In this document: positions 36,851-52,050 of the stretch, piece after piece
Numbering within the stretch: position 1 is the stretch's first letter
How the letters are laid out: each line of letters starts with the position of its first letter
NCBI RefSeq assembly: GCF_001194135.2
Contig: NC_068983.1
Span: forward strand, 130,830,648 to 130,894,647
Source: Octopus bimaculoides
Lineage: Eukaryota
Reading direction: 5' to 3'
DNA: 64,000 nucleotides
The notes under the pieces: model-generated
What the model was told of the DNA's origin: nothing
What the model saw: the letters and a program-made list of their open reading frames with translations, nothing else
Database searches by the model: none
Program-made: the position numbers and the translations under genes

Positions 36851-39800
36851 AAAGAATATTGTGAAACTAATATAAATAGCTACAAAATCAACACAAAACA
36901 CAAACTGTTTTCTGTCTTGAAGGAAGTAAGTCAATATACATATATACGTACATATATACATACGTGTGTGCGCGTATGTGTGTGTGCGTATGTGTGTGTG
37001 TGTGTGTCTGTGTGTATGTATGTACAACGAGTATGGTAACACACCCACAAGGAAAGAATGAGCATAGAAATTATAAAAAGGGAAGGAACACAATCACTAA
37101 GAAACGGAGAAAAAAAAGTCCATCAGTTAACTAAGAAATATAAGAAAGATGAGAAGAAACAAACAATTAATACATTTTATATCTCCCCAATTTGCGCTGT
37201 AATGGAAGTGTGTTAATATGCTCCTAAACGAAATGAAGGCTTTATCTAAATATTACTACCTACTACAGAGATATATAAACAGCGACTCATAATTTACACA
37301 TATACACAACATAAAGAAAATTACACTGGTATCTACTGGAGTGATTGTAATACAATAACATCTTGGTATTTTGCACATGTGACGTAGAGTAACCACAGAA
37401 TATAGACGTATACGAAACCTACAGCAGATACTGCAAGGTAAGACACACATATTTCCCAAATTGCCTCATGATTTACTGATATACCCTACATACCGAAAAT
37501 ATTAAATGGCATAGAGTACCTTAACATATCTAGACACTAAGCACATATTCTTACGGCTCATCCGTATTTACACTTATTTCCTATTTGCATACCCCTAGAA
37601 AGTATGAAAATGGCCAATATTTCTTTCAAACTTTGCTTTTGCTATATTTGTTCAAACCCCCAAAGAATCCTCCTCAACACATGGTTATGATGCTCCCCAA
37701 CTACTCCTGCTCATCAGTTGACTTACACATATTGCCAGCCACTTAGGGACATGTTGGGGTGGTTATGGTCAAGCAATTGACAAGCAAATCTGTGGTATTG
37801 AGCAGAATATTTGCTTTAACGATATTCCTATTTTAGCAACTAAGCGCAGATTATGTATGAAATGTAATGGAAAATAGATCAGTTTCAAAACATCGATGTC
37901 CAGGTCACGAAAGCAAAGTTTGAAGAAAAAGGTAGTCATTTCCTTCGATTTCTTGATAGAAGCAAATAAGAACTAAAATTTACTGACCAAAGACAAAAGA
38001 ATATCCGAGGAACTTGGATAGTAACATCCTTTTAATAGGATNNNNNNNNNNNNNNNNNNNNNNNNNNNNNNNNNNNNNNNNNNNNNNNNNNNNNNNNNNN
38101 NNNNNNNNNNNNNNNNNNNNNNNNNNNNNNNNNNNNNNNNNNNNNNNNNNNNNNNNNNNNNNNNNNNNNNNNNNNNNNNNNNNNNNNNNNNNNNNNNNNN
38201 NNNNNNNNNNNNNNNNNNNNNNNNNNNNNNNNNNNNNNNNNNNNNNNNNNNNNNNNNNNNNNNNNNNNNNNNNNNNNNNNNNNNNNNNNNNNNNNNNNNN
38301 NNNNNNNNNNNNNNNNNNNNNNNNNNNNNNNNNNNNNNNNNNNNNNNNNNNNNNNNNNNNNNNNNNNNNNNNNNNNNNNNNNNNNNNNNNNNNNNNNNNN
38401 NNNNNNNNNNNNNNNNNNNNNNNNNNNNNNNNNNNNNNNNNNNNNNNNNNNNNNNNNNNNNNNNNNNNNNNNNNNNNNNNNNNNNNNNNNNNNNNNNNNN
38501 NNNNNNNNNNNNNNNNNNNNNNNNNNNNNNNNNNNNNNNNNNNNNNNNNNNNNNNNNNNNNNNNNNNNNNNNNNNNNNNNNNNNNNNNNNNNNNNNNNNN
38601 NNNNNNNNNNNNNNNNNNNNNTGTGTGTGTGTGTGTGTGTGTGTTGTTGTTGTACTTGGGGATGGTCATATTGCCAGTTTAGTCAATATATATATATATA
38701 TATATATACGTATATATGAGCGTTCTTTTTGAAAGAGATTTTCGATTCTTTAGCAGCAGCTAGGAATGAATGAACCAAGATCCAGCACTCCAATTATTAC
38801 CGCACTAGGTTTTTAATAATATAATAGTGCTGAGTTTTATTAACAGGAAATTTATACCATACAGTATTTAATTTTTTCATCCCACACATTTTAGTCTGCA
38901 CCTTACTAAAAGCATGCATTTGACTATGTGATATCTATAATACTTCCCTTCAATTTGGAAGTAAATTAGTATTCATAACTTGAAATAACTGTGGTAATTT
39001 GATAATATTCTGTACTGCTTTAGAAAATGTAACCTAGAAGATTAGCAGACATGGCGACGCATAGAGGAAATCGTAGTTTATGAATAATGTTAAATAATTA
39101 CAAGTATTAAGCAAATACATGAAATCATTGTCGCTTATGAGTAATTTAATATCGGAATTATGGGTAGGAAATTATTTATGATAATTGTATTAAATTCCTT
39201 GTATGAATATTAATTATTATATTGACTGCTGAAGGCGATGTGTTAACAAACTCGGTGGAGTTAGATGAATTGCCTTAGCAGCTTATGTTCCAACATTTTC
39301 CGTCTGAGTTCGCTTCACTGTGAGGTCATCTTTGCCTTTCTTCCGTCTTGAGACGACAAACGATATCATCATTCAATACTTCGCAGTCGATATAACGCTG
39401 TGTCCTTTCCACCCCACAGAATTCTAATATAACTGTATATCTTAAATTGTTCCTCGGTGCCTCTTAGAATATAATGCCTTTGGTATCAAAGATATCATCA
39501 CTCATTGTTCTTACATGTTTTAGCTCTTCAGTCGCTGCTACAGAAGCTAAGATTCATGAGGGGCGTCCCATTCAAAATGGGAAATGCAAAAGACACGGAC
39601 GAAATCGTTCCCGATTTTATATCCATCGTGCTGTCGTGCCTTTCTTTGTGATTTATGAGCAAGTACGGTAACATTCTCAGCGAAATACTAAGTGTACGTA
39701 GCTTAAGTAAATAGTCTTATTTCGAAGACGTTTAAGTTGGGGGACTATGAAGGACTATTGTAATTCCCTAACAAGTAGTGCCATTTGGAGATGAAATCTG

Positions 39801-40436
39801 CAGGCATTGATATTTCTCAACTGAACCACTGTAAGATTCTTGCAGAGCGACGAAGCTCTTCTTATGCTCTCTTTCAGTGTCTGAACATTGAGTACTTGTG
39901 GGGTAATGTTGAACAAATTTTGTCGTTTAGTATGACACAGATCCGTTTATTAGCCGTATCCCGCTACCCTCGTTTGATCGGGTTGAACAATTAGCTTTCC
40001 TATAGCTGGTGATTAAATCGAAATAGCTTGTAATGTGATCATAATTAAATGAAATGAGTATGACACTTCCTCTTTGGCCAGCTCCTCGTCACTTGTGAGA
40101 TCGGTGAATGTGGATATGATAGAACGCTATAAATTACTGAAGAATCATAAAAATGATGAGTATGGCCTGAGTCTATAGGTATGAGAACACACCTGAGTGC
40201 AGGTGCATAAGCTTGACAGTCAGGGCAATCCAAGGTGTGTCTTATACCTATTCTTTGTTCTTCACTTTCGATTCTGTGGAAACCTCCACGTTTTTATGTA
40301 ACCTCTGGTTAACCCCCATGTACAGTCCTTGTTGCGAGTTAATAATTATTATTATCATTAGGTCGACTTTCCTGTCATTCTTTCGAGGTCGATGAAATAA
40401 ATACCAATCATGTACTGGGATTGATGTATCAACTAG

Positions 40437-40492
40437 CCCCCACCACCACCATCCCACCACCACCATCCCACCACCACCATCCCACCACCACC
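40437..40492. repeat. 14-bp tandem repeat CCCACCACCACCAT x4
   Basis: Direct reading. Confidence 0.9.
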
Positions 40493-40544
40493 AAAACCTG
40501 ATCCTTCAAAAACTTTCGGCCTTGAACCTACAGTAGAAAGGATC

Positions 40545-40625
40545 ATTTGTGTGATTAGATTTACATTGTGTGTGATTAGATTTACATTGTGTGTGATTAG
40601 ATTATTTGTGTGATTAGATTTACAT
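40545..40625. repeat. ~22-bp tandem repeat TGTGTGATTAGATTTACATTG, about 4 copies
   Basis: Direct reading. Confidence 0.9.
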
Positions 40626-41178
40626 CCTTACAATCTTGTTAAGGTTTATGAAGCAAACAATTCTTGCTTTAGGAACACTTTTTCACCTTCGTTTTTTGCT
40701 TGTTTTTTTTTTTCCTTTTAGTTTTTGTAAATTTCCCTATCCACCTCTATTTTCTTTGAAGAGCACATTAATATTTTATGTTCCTATGAAAGAAACAGTT
40801 CAAATTGTCAATAAAGAAATATGGGGTATATTGAAGACTGCAAGAATAAGCTGTAGCCTTGAGGTAAAAACTAACTCATTTATAACTGCTATTTGAAAAT
40901 ACGCCAGTCCTACCTTGACCTCTCCATCTCACAGAGCTTCCGTATGGTGAATCTACATGCTGGATGTAGCAGCCAAATATAACTCTTACTTTTAAAAGAA
41001 ATGTTACATCGTATAATATGGACATAGATATTATAGTCCAAGGGAGGACAGAAGTTCTAATCACAGTTGGATTATCTTTTATCATAGGTCTATATTAATT
41101 GTCTAATGAACAACAATGAACAAGACAAAAAGAAATCAATCCTTTCAACATAGCTTTCACTGCATTGTGTGGTTGCTT

Positions 41179-41251
<73 letters not shown>

Positions 41252-41744
41252 TATGCGTGTGCATATATACATATATATACACACACATACACACATATAT
41301 ACACACAAACGCACAAACACACATACATGTATATATACATACAACATATATACGCACACACATGCAAACACACACAGAAACATGCGAACAGACCACATGA
41401 ACTCAATTAGGTAGATACATATGCCAACATACACGTGTGTATATACATATGCAATCACACATACAGAGAAACATATACACGCATATACAAGCATTTATCT
41501 AAATACTCGGATATAAGCACATACACGTGTATGACAACTTGCAAACACATACACGTGTAAACACACAAACGCCTCAAACACGCATGTAAATGCATACGCA
41601 TACAGAGATACGCATACACACACACGCAAATGCGTATAATGCCATAAGAAACAAAGATTGTCTTCTTGTAGTGTCACATGATAGAAATAACAGCGAAAGC
41701 TGTGTCACATTATATCGTACCACTGTTTAAAAATAAAGACTAGT

Positions 41745-43200
41745 TTGATAAGAAAGCTGGATTGCCACGTCAAGAATGGTGCTTTTGAGAATATCTGTTT
41801 GATGAAAGAAGCCCATGTTCAACTGATATTGACGCCAACATGGCCTTTCACTAACTTGATAAACAAAGTACCTCTCCACTACTGCAGGTTGCTTTTGAAA
41901 TATAGAACTGGTCTTGTTGAAATAATAGTTCACGATTGTTTCGAAGTTGTTTTGGTGATTGCCTTCGTAAATCGAGCAGATCTCTGATCAAAAGCTCTCT
42001 AGTTGTGATCATTTCATTTTTTTGCATATCTAGAAATGCATTTCAATGTGCGTTTCTTTTGTAAGCAAATGCTTCCAACCATTTCACTTGATTTAGCTAA
42101 GAAGTTGGTGTCTTGTTAAAAAACAAAACATCCGAGGGAAGCCAACGGGAAAAACTTTTTTGCATTCTTACGTGAAAATTTTATGACAATTTCCTCGATT
42201 TATTGAGGAGGGTTATTAAAATATATTTTGCTTATTCGAAAATGAGATGAAAGAAAATGAAAAGGTGTGTCTATGCGGTTAGTGGTTTAAAGAAACAGGA
42301 CTCATTATTGAAACCTCAGCTTCCTTACAAGAAGGTTTTATTTGAATATTGACCTTCAAGAGATTGTCCATGTAAGAATCTTCTATAGCAGGAATTTTGT
42401 AAATAAACATTACAATCTCCATTTTCCTTAGAATTTTAAATTGTCATTGATGATTACAAAGAAGAACATTCACATCGTTGCAATGTCACGAATCTTTTGC
42501 TGCCAAATTAAAAATGAAAAAACATGTGTTAAATATTGTAGTCTTAGATACACTATGCTTGAAAGTTTAACGAAATGGCCACGACAAGAAGATAGAATTG
42601 ATCGTTATTGAAATGAGGCGAAATAAGAATAACAGCACATTTCTCTACTGTTATTATTACTTAAGCACTATCACAATAAACAAAAAGAAATTTTAGACAT
42701 TCTTGTCATAATTATGCAAAGAGAGTATAATAATTGATGAAATGTCTTACATTACGGTTAAGATTGATAAGACCTACTTCGTGTTAATTATTATCAACCG
42801 TTTTCCAACTGTGTGCCGCTAATCTTATTAAGTAAATGAGAAAGAACATGATCTCTTCAAAACAGCGTTACTGAGATCGCTAGTAACTGATATTTTACGA
42901 TGAGGTCGTCAAAGTTTCTAGAAATTACCATGAAATCTTCTAATTATTCGCTAACAATTTCAAGAAAAGTAGGAACACATTGAAATGCATTCCCAGATTA
43001 GCAAAAAGATGGAATGATTACATTTGGAGATCCTAGGTTTGCTCGATTAATGAAAGCATTCGTCAAAACAGCGTGGAAAAGTTGTGAACTATTATTTCAA
43101 CTTGACCAGTTCTGTATAACCTACATACATTCTTGTAAAGCCAATCACTCTGCCCACATAAATACTTTATTAAACAAAGTAAAATCTTGGTTTCGCTAAG
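41745..43200 (+). pseudogene. Highly decayed hAT (Buster/ZBED5-like) transposase, copy A
   Basis: Loose motifs F*IVIDD (FxxQLDESTD-like) and DEVVKV...LFA (DEVVKIVNFIK..LNSRLF-like); nucleotide similarity to copy B. Confidence 0.4.
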
Positions 43201-43300
43201 TCATATAAAATCCTAAACGTCCGTATTTTTTTCCTTTATTTAATGAATTAATCAAATCAATATTTGTTTTGTTTTTACCCAACGCATTATTACATCTAGT

Positions 43301-43400
43301 TACGAGGGGTGTTCATAAAAATTTCCCCTGGTCTACTTCGCAAGGACTGAGTTAACCGAAACTTGGCATAATTATTAGTCCTTCTCTATATACTGGAAAT
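43301..43400 (+). mobile_element. Mariner-like terminal fragment (single TIR)
   Basis: Begins TACGAGGGGTGTTCA, a mariner-type terminus; no partner TIR found. Confidence 0.45.
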
Positions 43401-44652
43401 TGCGTAGAACAAAATAGATTAAAAGAAGAAAAGATCGTATGAATTTTTATTTCAATTTTGCTTAGTTGTTCCACTTCCAGTCAATAATACGTTATATGCT
43501 TTTAAAATTCCCCTCAGACAAGCACTTTCTCACTTTCATTGACCACTGAGTGACAGTATAATGTTTCGGCTGGCTATTTTGCTCTTTCACTCACTCACAC
43601 ATTCCCTCTTCCTCTCTCATTTACTCACACACTCTCTCTTCCTCTCTCACTTATTCTCACATTCCCTCTTCCTCTCTAAAACTCCACCTCCTCCTCTCTA
43701 AAACACTAAAGCGCAAAGTGTGAACGAACCTGTAGAAGAATAATATTTTACGTTTAGCTCAATAAAAAAAGTACTTTTCACTAGAGCAACACACCACCAC
43801 CGCTATCATCTCGCCCTCTTTCGCCCTCTCTCCCCCTCTCTCTCTCTCTCTTTGTCGCTATTCTTTTCCCATCATCACTACCAAAATAACGGTTTTATAT
43901 ACACCAAAGACCTGTTCTCTCGCATCAAGCAACAAACCTCTACATAGTCTCTTGACCTGTGAGAGATAGCAGCCTGATTTCTTCAAATCACATCCTCACG
44001 ACTTGCGAAGTGACATGCTGGACAAAGTGGCTCATTATATTATGATACTTCTCTTTTCTCACCTGGGAAGGATGAAAACCAAAGTTGACATATGTGGGAT
44101 TTGAAATCAGAATCATGCTACAATGTTAATAAATACCACAGCACATTTTGTGCCTAACGCTTCATTTTGTTAATCTGTCGTTTTTGCTTTTGTTTTTGTT
44201 TTTTGGTTTTATTTTTGTTAGAACACCTTAAATATAATGGTAAGCCAGAAGGTTTTAATATCCATTAAGGAGAATCTTTTTTTCTCTCTCGTTTTAGCTA
44301 AATATATTGGCATATTTTTAAGAAACAAACATAGTATATCCACGAAAAAAAAAATGATACATGTATAATATTCTTTCGTGGCATATTTTTAGTGATGATA
44401 AAACCAAATAGATCAATCAACAGAAGCATAACCAAAGTAATCTCAGATTCTCTGGAATAATGAACGTCATATATATCTATAGATTCTTTTATAAAGAGAG
44501 ACCAAGTTACAGAATAAATGCACAAGTTATGAGTCTAACATTTTATATTCTTTGATAATAAATTATATCTTTTTGAAGACAGCCCAAGCTGCAGTGATAA
44601 CGGGGTAAAACAACTAAATATTTACTTTATTAAGAGAATCTGTAGAGATAGA

Positions 44653-44685
44653 GCTGCTTTAATATTAATGCTTGTGTTGTTGTTG

Positions 44686-44745
<60 letters not shown>

Positions 44746-44760
44746 GCATTAGTATTATTA
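44653..44760. repeat. (TTG)n-(TTA)n microsatellite
   Basis: Direct reading. Confidence 0.95.
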
Positions 44761-45199
44761 CTATTTTTCATAACAAAGAACGTATAATGGTAGAATCTGT
44801 AAAATTCTTGCAATATTTATTCCTGTTCTTTACATAGTGAATTCAAATCCCGTGGAGGCCAACTTTGGTTTTCATCACCTACACTGCCGATAAAATGAAG
44901 TACCAATCCATAATATAGCCCCAGTAGTTAACTGGTATAAGTGACTTACCTTTCTCCAAAATTAGAGCCGGAATTGCACGTAAATCAGAAACAATTAAAT
45001 GGTCGTGGATTGATAGAATTTTAAGAGTGTCAAACAAAATATCTTATAGTATTTGTTCCGGATCTTTGATTTCCTAATTCAAGCCAGGCAAGGCCAGTTT
45101 CGTTTTGCATCCATTTGGGGTCGATAAAATAACGACTAAACACCTTAAAATTTATGGAAAGTACTTTTATAAGAATTTTTTTTTTATCAGCATTAAGAC

Positions 45200-45410
45200 A
45201 GTGAGCTGGTGGAATCGTTAACACGTCGGAAAAAAAAATGCTAAGTGTTATTTCTCCCAGCTCTTTATTTCCTGATTTCGGATTCCGCCCAGAACTCTGC
45301 CTTTCAAATGCAGTCGATAAAATAAGTACCAGTTCAGGTCTGAGTTGATGTAATTGACTTACTCCTTTTTGTACACCGGCTGGCCTTGTACCAAAATTCG
45401 AAACGATTAT
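45200..45410 (+). mobile_element. Diverged tRNA-derived SINE (family B)
   Basis: GTGAGCTGGTGGAATCGTTAACACG...GTCGATAAAATAAGTACCAG...GGCCTTGTACC, colinear with the family B copies at 46.3 and 53.6-54.0 kb. Confidence 0.7.
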
Positions 45411-46269
45411 TTATCACCATATTTGCAACTGATTTAACTCTGTCAACTTGAAATGTATACAGTGTTGTTTTTAGTGCATGTAGAATTTTGTTTGTATATT
45501 ACATCAGGCTTCCTGATGAATTCGTTTCGTTCTTGCAGATAATTTATTTTCTTACCGATTAGATATATCTATTTTCTTGTTGTATAGATTAAGTAAAATG
45601 GGTGTTGCTTCATTTTGATGGATGGTTTGTATGTATCGTGCATTGTTTGTCACTGGTGTAATGTGATTTAGTCTCAGACACATATTGGTTAGAATATTGT
45701 TGTAAAGCATGTGTGGATTTTGTAATATTATAAGGTGGAAATTGTATAGAATGTCAGTTGCAAGTTGTTGTTGATATCACATGATACTGATTATTCAAAA
45801 GACAAGCGTTTGTCACGATAAAATACAAGTAACGCAAGGAAAGTCTATTGCATCTCGTATGCAGACGGCAGACATTTCGTTAAGTCCGTCAGAATATAAC
45901 GCCAATTTTTAACAATGTATCATTCTCCATTTCCGTAGTTTTCTTGCTCTTGAAGCTACAGATGTATAGTATTGGTGGAAGCAATCATAATTATCCTCTC
46001 GTGGTTGCAGCATCACCCTATTTCAATGGCCTTCAGTTTCTAGATATAAGTTGGGTCTTGCTACATTGGTGGCTGCTTCCTTAATAGTCACGACCCAAGA
46101 CATTAGAAATTAGAATTGGAATTATTTGCAAGGGTGGTCATATTCTTTTATAGAAAATGACTAAGCATGGAGGTAAAAGACAGGCTGATAACTTTAGAGT
46201 GAAAGGGATTGAGATAGGGAAAACACAATGGAAGAGATAGAAATTAAGAAAAGAGCAAAACTGGAAATG

Positions 46270-46453
46270 TTGGGGTGGGGGAGAGGGCCAGTCGATTAGA
46301 TCGATCCCCAGTACGCATCTGGTACTTAATTTATCGAACCCGAAAGGATCAAAGGCAAAGTCAAACTCGGTAGAATTTGAAATCAGAACGTAACGGAAGA
46401 CGAAATACCGCTAAGCATTTCGCGCGGCATGCTAGCGTTTCTGCCAGGTCGCC
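46270..46453 (-). mobile_element. tRNA-derived SINE (family B)
   Basis: Minus strand GGCGACCTGGCAGAAACGCTAGC...GTTCTGATTTCAAATTC...GCCTTTGATCCTTTCGGGTTCGATAAATTAAGTACCAG. Confidence 0.88.
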
Positions 46454-47239
46454 GGCTTGGAAGCAACATATGTAGAATAATGAAACATCGGGATTCAGCA
46501 ATCAGGTGACAGCGAAGGTGTAAATGATAGCATCATACAGACGAGGAAGAAGCAGTCATGTAAACAGCCGTGTGTGTGTGTGTGTGTGTGTGTGTCTGTG
46601 TGTATAAGTATGTGTGTGACTATGTGTGTGTGTGTAACTCTTCACATCCTCTTTCTTTTGTATGAAGCTACCGCTTCAAATTCGCCGTCACAACATTGCT
46701 GAACCTTCGTATTCCATTATGCTGCCTTTTTCTCATTGGAACTTTTGCCGCTTCTAGATTTTTCCTTTCCTTTTTTATCTCCGTCTACCATTGTCTTTTC
46801 TACCTCTATACTTCTCTCCTAATACTAGCAGCACGACTTTTATCTCGCTTCTTTCCTCTATCCGCTTCTTTTCTTGCAAAAATATAAAACAGTAATTCCA
46901 AATAAAAAAAAACGTATTAGTAGAATGCTAATAAAAGAAGTTTGCGCGGTGATTATGCAGGTACGATATGGCATTCATTGAAAATTATTGGTTAAGTTAA
47001 AAGACAATCTTTCGATGCAAGTTTCAAATTGAATGATAACAATATTAATCTTCTTATGAGTGATTTGCTTCAAACGATGTTTCCGTTAATAGTTCTAAGG
47101 AAAAATTTCTCATACTTTTTGTGCTGCCAAGCACAAATGTAATTTGAGGACTACAAAACACAGATGATCATCAACTATAAACAGTACAAGTTAGTATTGA
47201 CAGTTAACTTGTTGTGCAGGGAATGTGAGCCACGAAGAG

Positions 47240-48430
47240 ATCTGAATACTATCAAACAGTTTGTAGATAGAGAACTGGAGAGTTTCAGTAAGTGATATAC
47301 TAGCATTCAAAATCATCAGGCTACGATGAAAGTCCAAAATGCATGACAAGCAAAGGCTAACGTTTGGCCAATCACAAATTGAGCATTGTAACATAGTTTC
47401 CTGCCAGTATGACGCTGTAGAAGATTATGCTATTGAAAAACAGACAGTTTCTGTGGAATCTCTCGAATTGTTTGTGATAAGTACTTGGAAACAAGTAATT
47501 ACTACACTGTGCTGGTCCCTTGCAAAATTATTCTATAAAACAGCTTCTTATTGCTGTTACTTACTTTAGTGCAAACATATTTTTCAGAACGCCACAAAAT
47601 ATATTGCTATTTTTTTATTTCAAACCAATGCTACCACTCAAAAAGATTCATGCGCAGTTTTTAGTTACAATAAGAAATATATCAGCAGATAACATCATTT
47701 CAACCCCTTCCCAACAAGCAGACCAAGCTTCTCTGATTAAACATGGTCGTGGTTTAAAGAGATAGACTCGTTATTAAACCACCATCTCCCCAGGCTGAAG
47801 GTTTACATGAATATTAAACTTGAAATAATCCAAGAAAAGATCTTTTTGACAGATTTTCAATTGTTCATTACAATCTCCACACCTTAGAATTTTGAATTGT
47901 CATTGATGAATGAAAGAAGTGGCCTTTATGCAATTGCTGATAATGAGATTGTTGTAATCTTGAGTGAAACAGCACCTGGAAAGCCTTGCCATTGTAAAGT
48001 ACAAAAGCAAGACGGTTAAAATTATGAAATAGATGCAAATATCGTAGAAGTTGCAATATCCGCTTTATGGGAATGGTGAAGACAAATATTATTTTGAAAA
48101 CCACAAACTGGTAAAATTCTTCAAATCCTGCCTCATACTTCAATTTCTTGATGGCTCATGACAATCATTCGGTCACATACATGAAAATTAAACTCACTCA
48201 GAGGTTCTAGACCCTGGAAAGAACAAAACACTCTTAAATATTGTTTGTGTTTAATGTGGAATGTTCAATAGGGATTCAGATTGCTTGGAAAACAAGAAAT
48301 ATACTAAATTGTTTCCAAGACAAATTTGAAAGAAAATCATACAGCTGAAGACGCTATCCTTTTTACACAAGAGCATCAGCGGATGGAGGCCTCCAATCTT
48401 TCGTTGCACAGCATTAAAATGACAGAGGGA
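47240..48430 (+). pseudogene. Highly decayed hAT (Buster/ZBED5-like) transposase, copy B
   Basis: Loose motifs DESPKCM..LAN, KTASY, LKKI...RNISADNI, F*IVIDE; shares CATTACAATCTCCA...CCTTAGAATTTT-AATTGTCATTGATGA with copy A. Confidence 0.4.
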
Positions 48431-49563
48431 CATATTCTTACTGTCTAATCCTGACCAAGATATTTTATACTCATATGTTGAGCATTAATGTTCAGTTCTA
48501 TTAATCAATAAATATCATAAATATTTGTAAACATGTCACAAGAGATCTGACACAGTAATGGTATAAATGACGCAAAGAAATAGTTGATACGTTATGCACA
48601 TCAACAAGATGTCATATGAAAAAAATGACCAACGAGTTTGATTCATTGTAAAAAGCGTTTATAGCACTTTTAAGCTGTACTAGTATGAGATCTTTGCAAA
48701 AAAAACTATATTGAGTTATCAGGTTTTGACATTCTATAAACTGAACAAAATGCAATGTTAAACGATAAAGCAAGAAGCAATTGTTGAAAGCCAACTTGAC
48801 ACGGAAAAGAGTATACTATATAATCGGTCAATATGAAAGTGTCTTTCCACGTCTTCTGCTTGAAATACGATGTTCATATTCATTTCAAGATTCTCGATAA
48901 GCCAATGTCGAAACCTGTGGCACCTACAGAGGGGAAAACTTTATATTAGATTGCTGAAGAATGATACCCTGTATCACATCCAGTAGGATGTGACAATTAA
49001 GTTTCTGCATATCAAAAGACTAAAAGTAACGGTTTTTTCACCAGGCCTTTAAAATTATGTGTACCCTTCTATCTGCTTTAATAACGGCTTCAAATGAACT
49101 ATAACTGGCTTCATTTCCATTTAATCTTGTGTTCTTATTTAATATGTTTGTATTAGTTATATGTCGTTTACGCGCTTTAATTACAAAATGCACAATAAAT
49201 TTAGAGCGTGTATCTGCAATACTGTGCATAAAATAGCAGAATGCAATAAACGTGTTGGGGAAACAATTTCATTTCTTGCATGAAAGATAACATTTCAAGA
49301 GAAATCCAATAGTGTCCTATTAAGCGAGAATATGCCTTCATTAAGAACAATTATGGTTCCTTCATAGCTACTTTTCGAGCTGAGCAAAGCCGGGTATTTT
49401 GTTAGTGCACATGTATATGTACACACACAAACACACCCACCCACGCACACACCCAAACCCGCGCGTTCACACATACATATATCACAGAACACCGCACCAC
49501 ACCACATCACACCACACATAGAAGTATATATATATATATAATGTATATACACATACAATATAT

Positions 49564-49614
<51 letters not shown>

Positions 49615-50575
49615 TATATATATACATACATACATATATACATATCTATATATATATATTTACAGATATATGCACACGCACACACATATATACACACATA
49701 TGCATATATATATATATACACACACACACATATAATGGCAACAGGTATCTACATACAAACACATGTGGCAGCAGTGTAAATGTATGCAGGATAAAGAGAA
49801 ATATCGAATGCGTCTTTGTAAATTTGTACTCGTTCAATTATCAAAGTGAACATCAACTTTGATAATGTAGCTATTCATTTATAACAGATATTTCAATACA
49901 TAATCCTATGTGAATCGTATTTTTGTTTAGTCTTTTTGTGGTTTTTCTTATTGTTTTGCTCACTTCGTATTTTACTTCTTTTTTTTTTTTTCACCAATGC
50001 CACACTAAAAGGAAACAGAGAAAAATAAACGGACATGATTTAGTCATTTATGTCATGCTTTTAAAGTGATAGGTAGATAAGGAGTGTTCCAATTTGTTGT
50101 TGCCGTCAACAGAGTTGATGGTTACCCAAGCAGAAAATGCCTATAAGACTTGATAATGATCTAAATGCTAAAGAATTGCCAGGAAAACATTCAGTTTCCG
50201 CAAGCATACATCAATAAGATAAGGATTGTCGTTAATAAAAGCGAGAAATAAGCGAACATAAACGGGAGAATGAATGAGAGAGAATGAAAATGTAAAAGCA
50301 GAAAGGGAAAAAGAAAGTAGAGCAGACACAGACAGAGAAGATGGAAAAATTTTAGATAGAGCACAGAGAGGTGAGAGAGAAAGCGAAAGTAGAGAGAGAA
50401 AGTGAGAGAAGTGATAACTGTGAAGTATTAATTGCGAGTGGGAAGCTAACGTTAAGCGTAACAGCGTGACGAGAGGAAATGAAGCAAAGGGTAACGAACG
50501 AACTAATGGACTGATTGCTGTAAATATCCGTCCACCTCGATATAATAACGACACATACATACATACATACATACA

Positions 50576-50609
<34 letters not shown>

Positions 50610-50716
50610 CATACATACATATATGTGTGTGTCTCTCTCTCTATGTACATGTAAGTATATATGCATATGTACATAATATGTATGTGAATGTATTCGTGCA
50701 TTATTTATATATGTAC

Positions 50717-50757
<41 letters not shown>

Positions 50758-51584
50758 TATGTAATTGCATACACATATATTTACATGTACATACGATATA
50801 CATACATATAACCGAATGTTGATGCGTGTGTTTTTGTGTATGTGTATAATTGGTGTAGATACGATCGCTAGAATTGGAATTTTGACAGAATTTTACATTA
50901 TTAATCAGAAGTGTAATTCTGTTTGCGGTTGATATATGTTATTGGTATATGTATTGTAGTAAGTTGCTGTGTTACGACTATTGCTTTTGTAATTTTCTTT
51001 TGTCATTAATTCTAAAGTACAAATATGCCGTCCACTAATATTTTCCCAGTGCTGTTTTCTATTGCGTAGTGCAGTGCGTTACATCTAGGACTTGTACTAA
51101 ATGTATATTGAACTGACATCGACTATTATTAATTTTTGTGGCCATATAACAACTGAAGTTGTGAACGTCACAGCCTTTATTTACCTATCGAATTTATAAA
51201 TTACCCATTGGTAATTAGCATCTTATTTGCAAGTTTAGTTGTTTGTAGTTTGTTTTTATAAGGATACACGAACCACACAGATTAAGTTCATTATAATGTA
51301 TCACCAATGACAAAAAGCGATGAAATAAAAGTTTTAAAAGAAATGTAAATAAAAAGACCATTAGGCGCAAACTACATTACTAGAAAGAAACGTATGACTT
51401 CAAATATATATTACAAACACAGACACCAGAAAATTAAATCTAAGAGCTCAAAGTTCGTGTACATTCTAAGATATTGGTACTAGCAATGAGTAAACGGGAT
51501 AATCAGTTGATTTACGTATCCCAAACATTCGCACAGATATGATAACAGGGTAGCTATTCCCCATAAAACCAAAGACGCACAGTG

Positions 51585-51800
51585 ATACCTCACGGATGGT
51601 GAGTTGATGATTTCTCCTCACAGCTGCACGCCCATCTGCGATGTTTTTCGCACCACTGCTGGTTGCGAGTATCCCAGAACGTTCATCAATATCGACATTT
51701 TTCGGCCATCTTGGAAACGTCTGAAGCACTCGTACACTTCTGTGCAGCTCATACACTCCTCTCCATACAATTTCTGCAACTTTGTGTAGGCCTATGAACA
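51585..51800 (-). pseudogene. Mariner transposase N-terminal HTH fragment
   Basis: YTKLQKLYGEECMSCTEVYECFRRFQDG, a frameshift, then VDIDERSG...NHQLTIREV. Confidence 0.78.
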
Positions 51801-52018
51801 GGTATCATCATGACAGCTTTCTCCGTCATTATCAGTGCGATAATCACACGCTACACATGTTCATTCCAAGCACTGCTGTAAACAGCGGATGTGAAGTAGA
51901 ACGTTAAATCTTAGAGCGCATGCACAACAGCGTTCAAAATCAATTTTTGCCTAGCGGCTTTACTCTGCATGATTTAGCCTCGTTACTATGGCATTGGTCG
52001 GGATACTTATTAATCAGA

Positions 52019-52050
<32 letters not shown>

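Noticed and set aside
40437-40625. CRISPR-like array
   Set aside because: Repeats are directly adjacent with no unique spacers, in a eukaryotic context with no cas genes.
47210-47288. Candidate exon ending in a strong GTAAGT donor
   Set aside because: Overlaps the start of the hAT-like fossil; no independent support.
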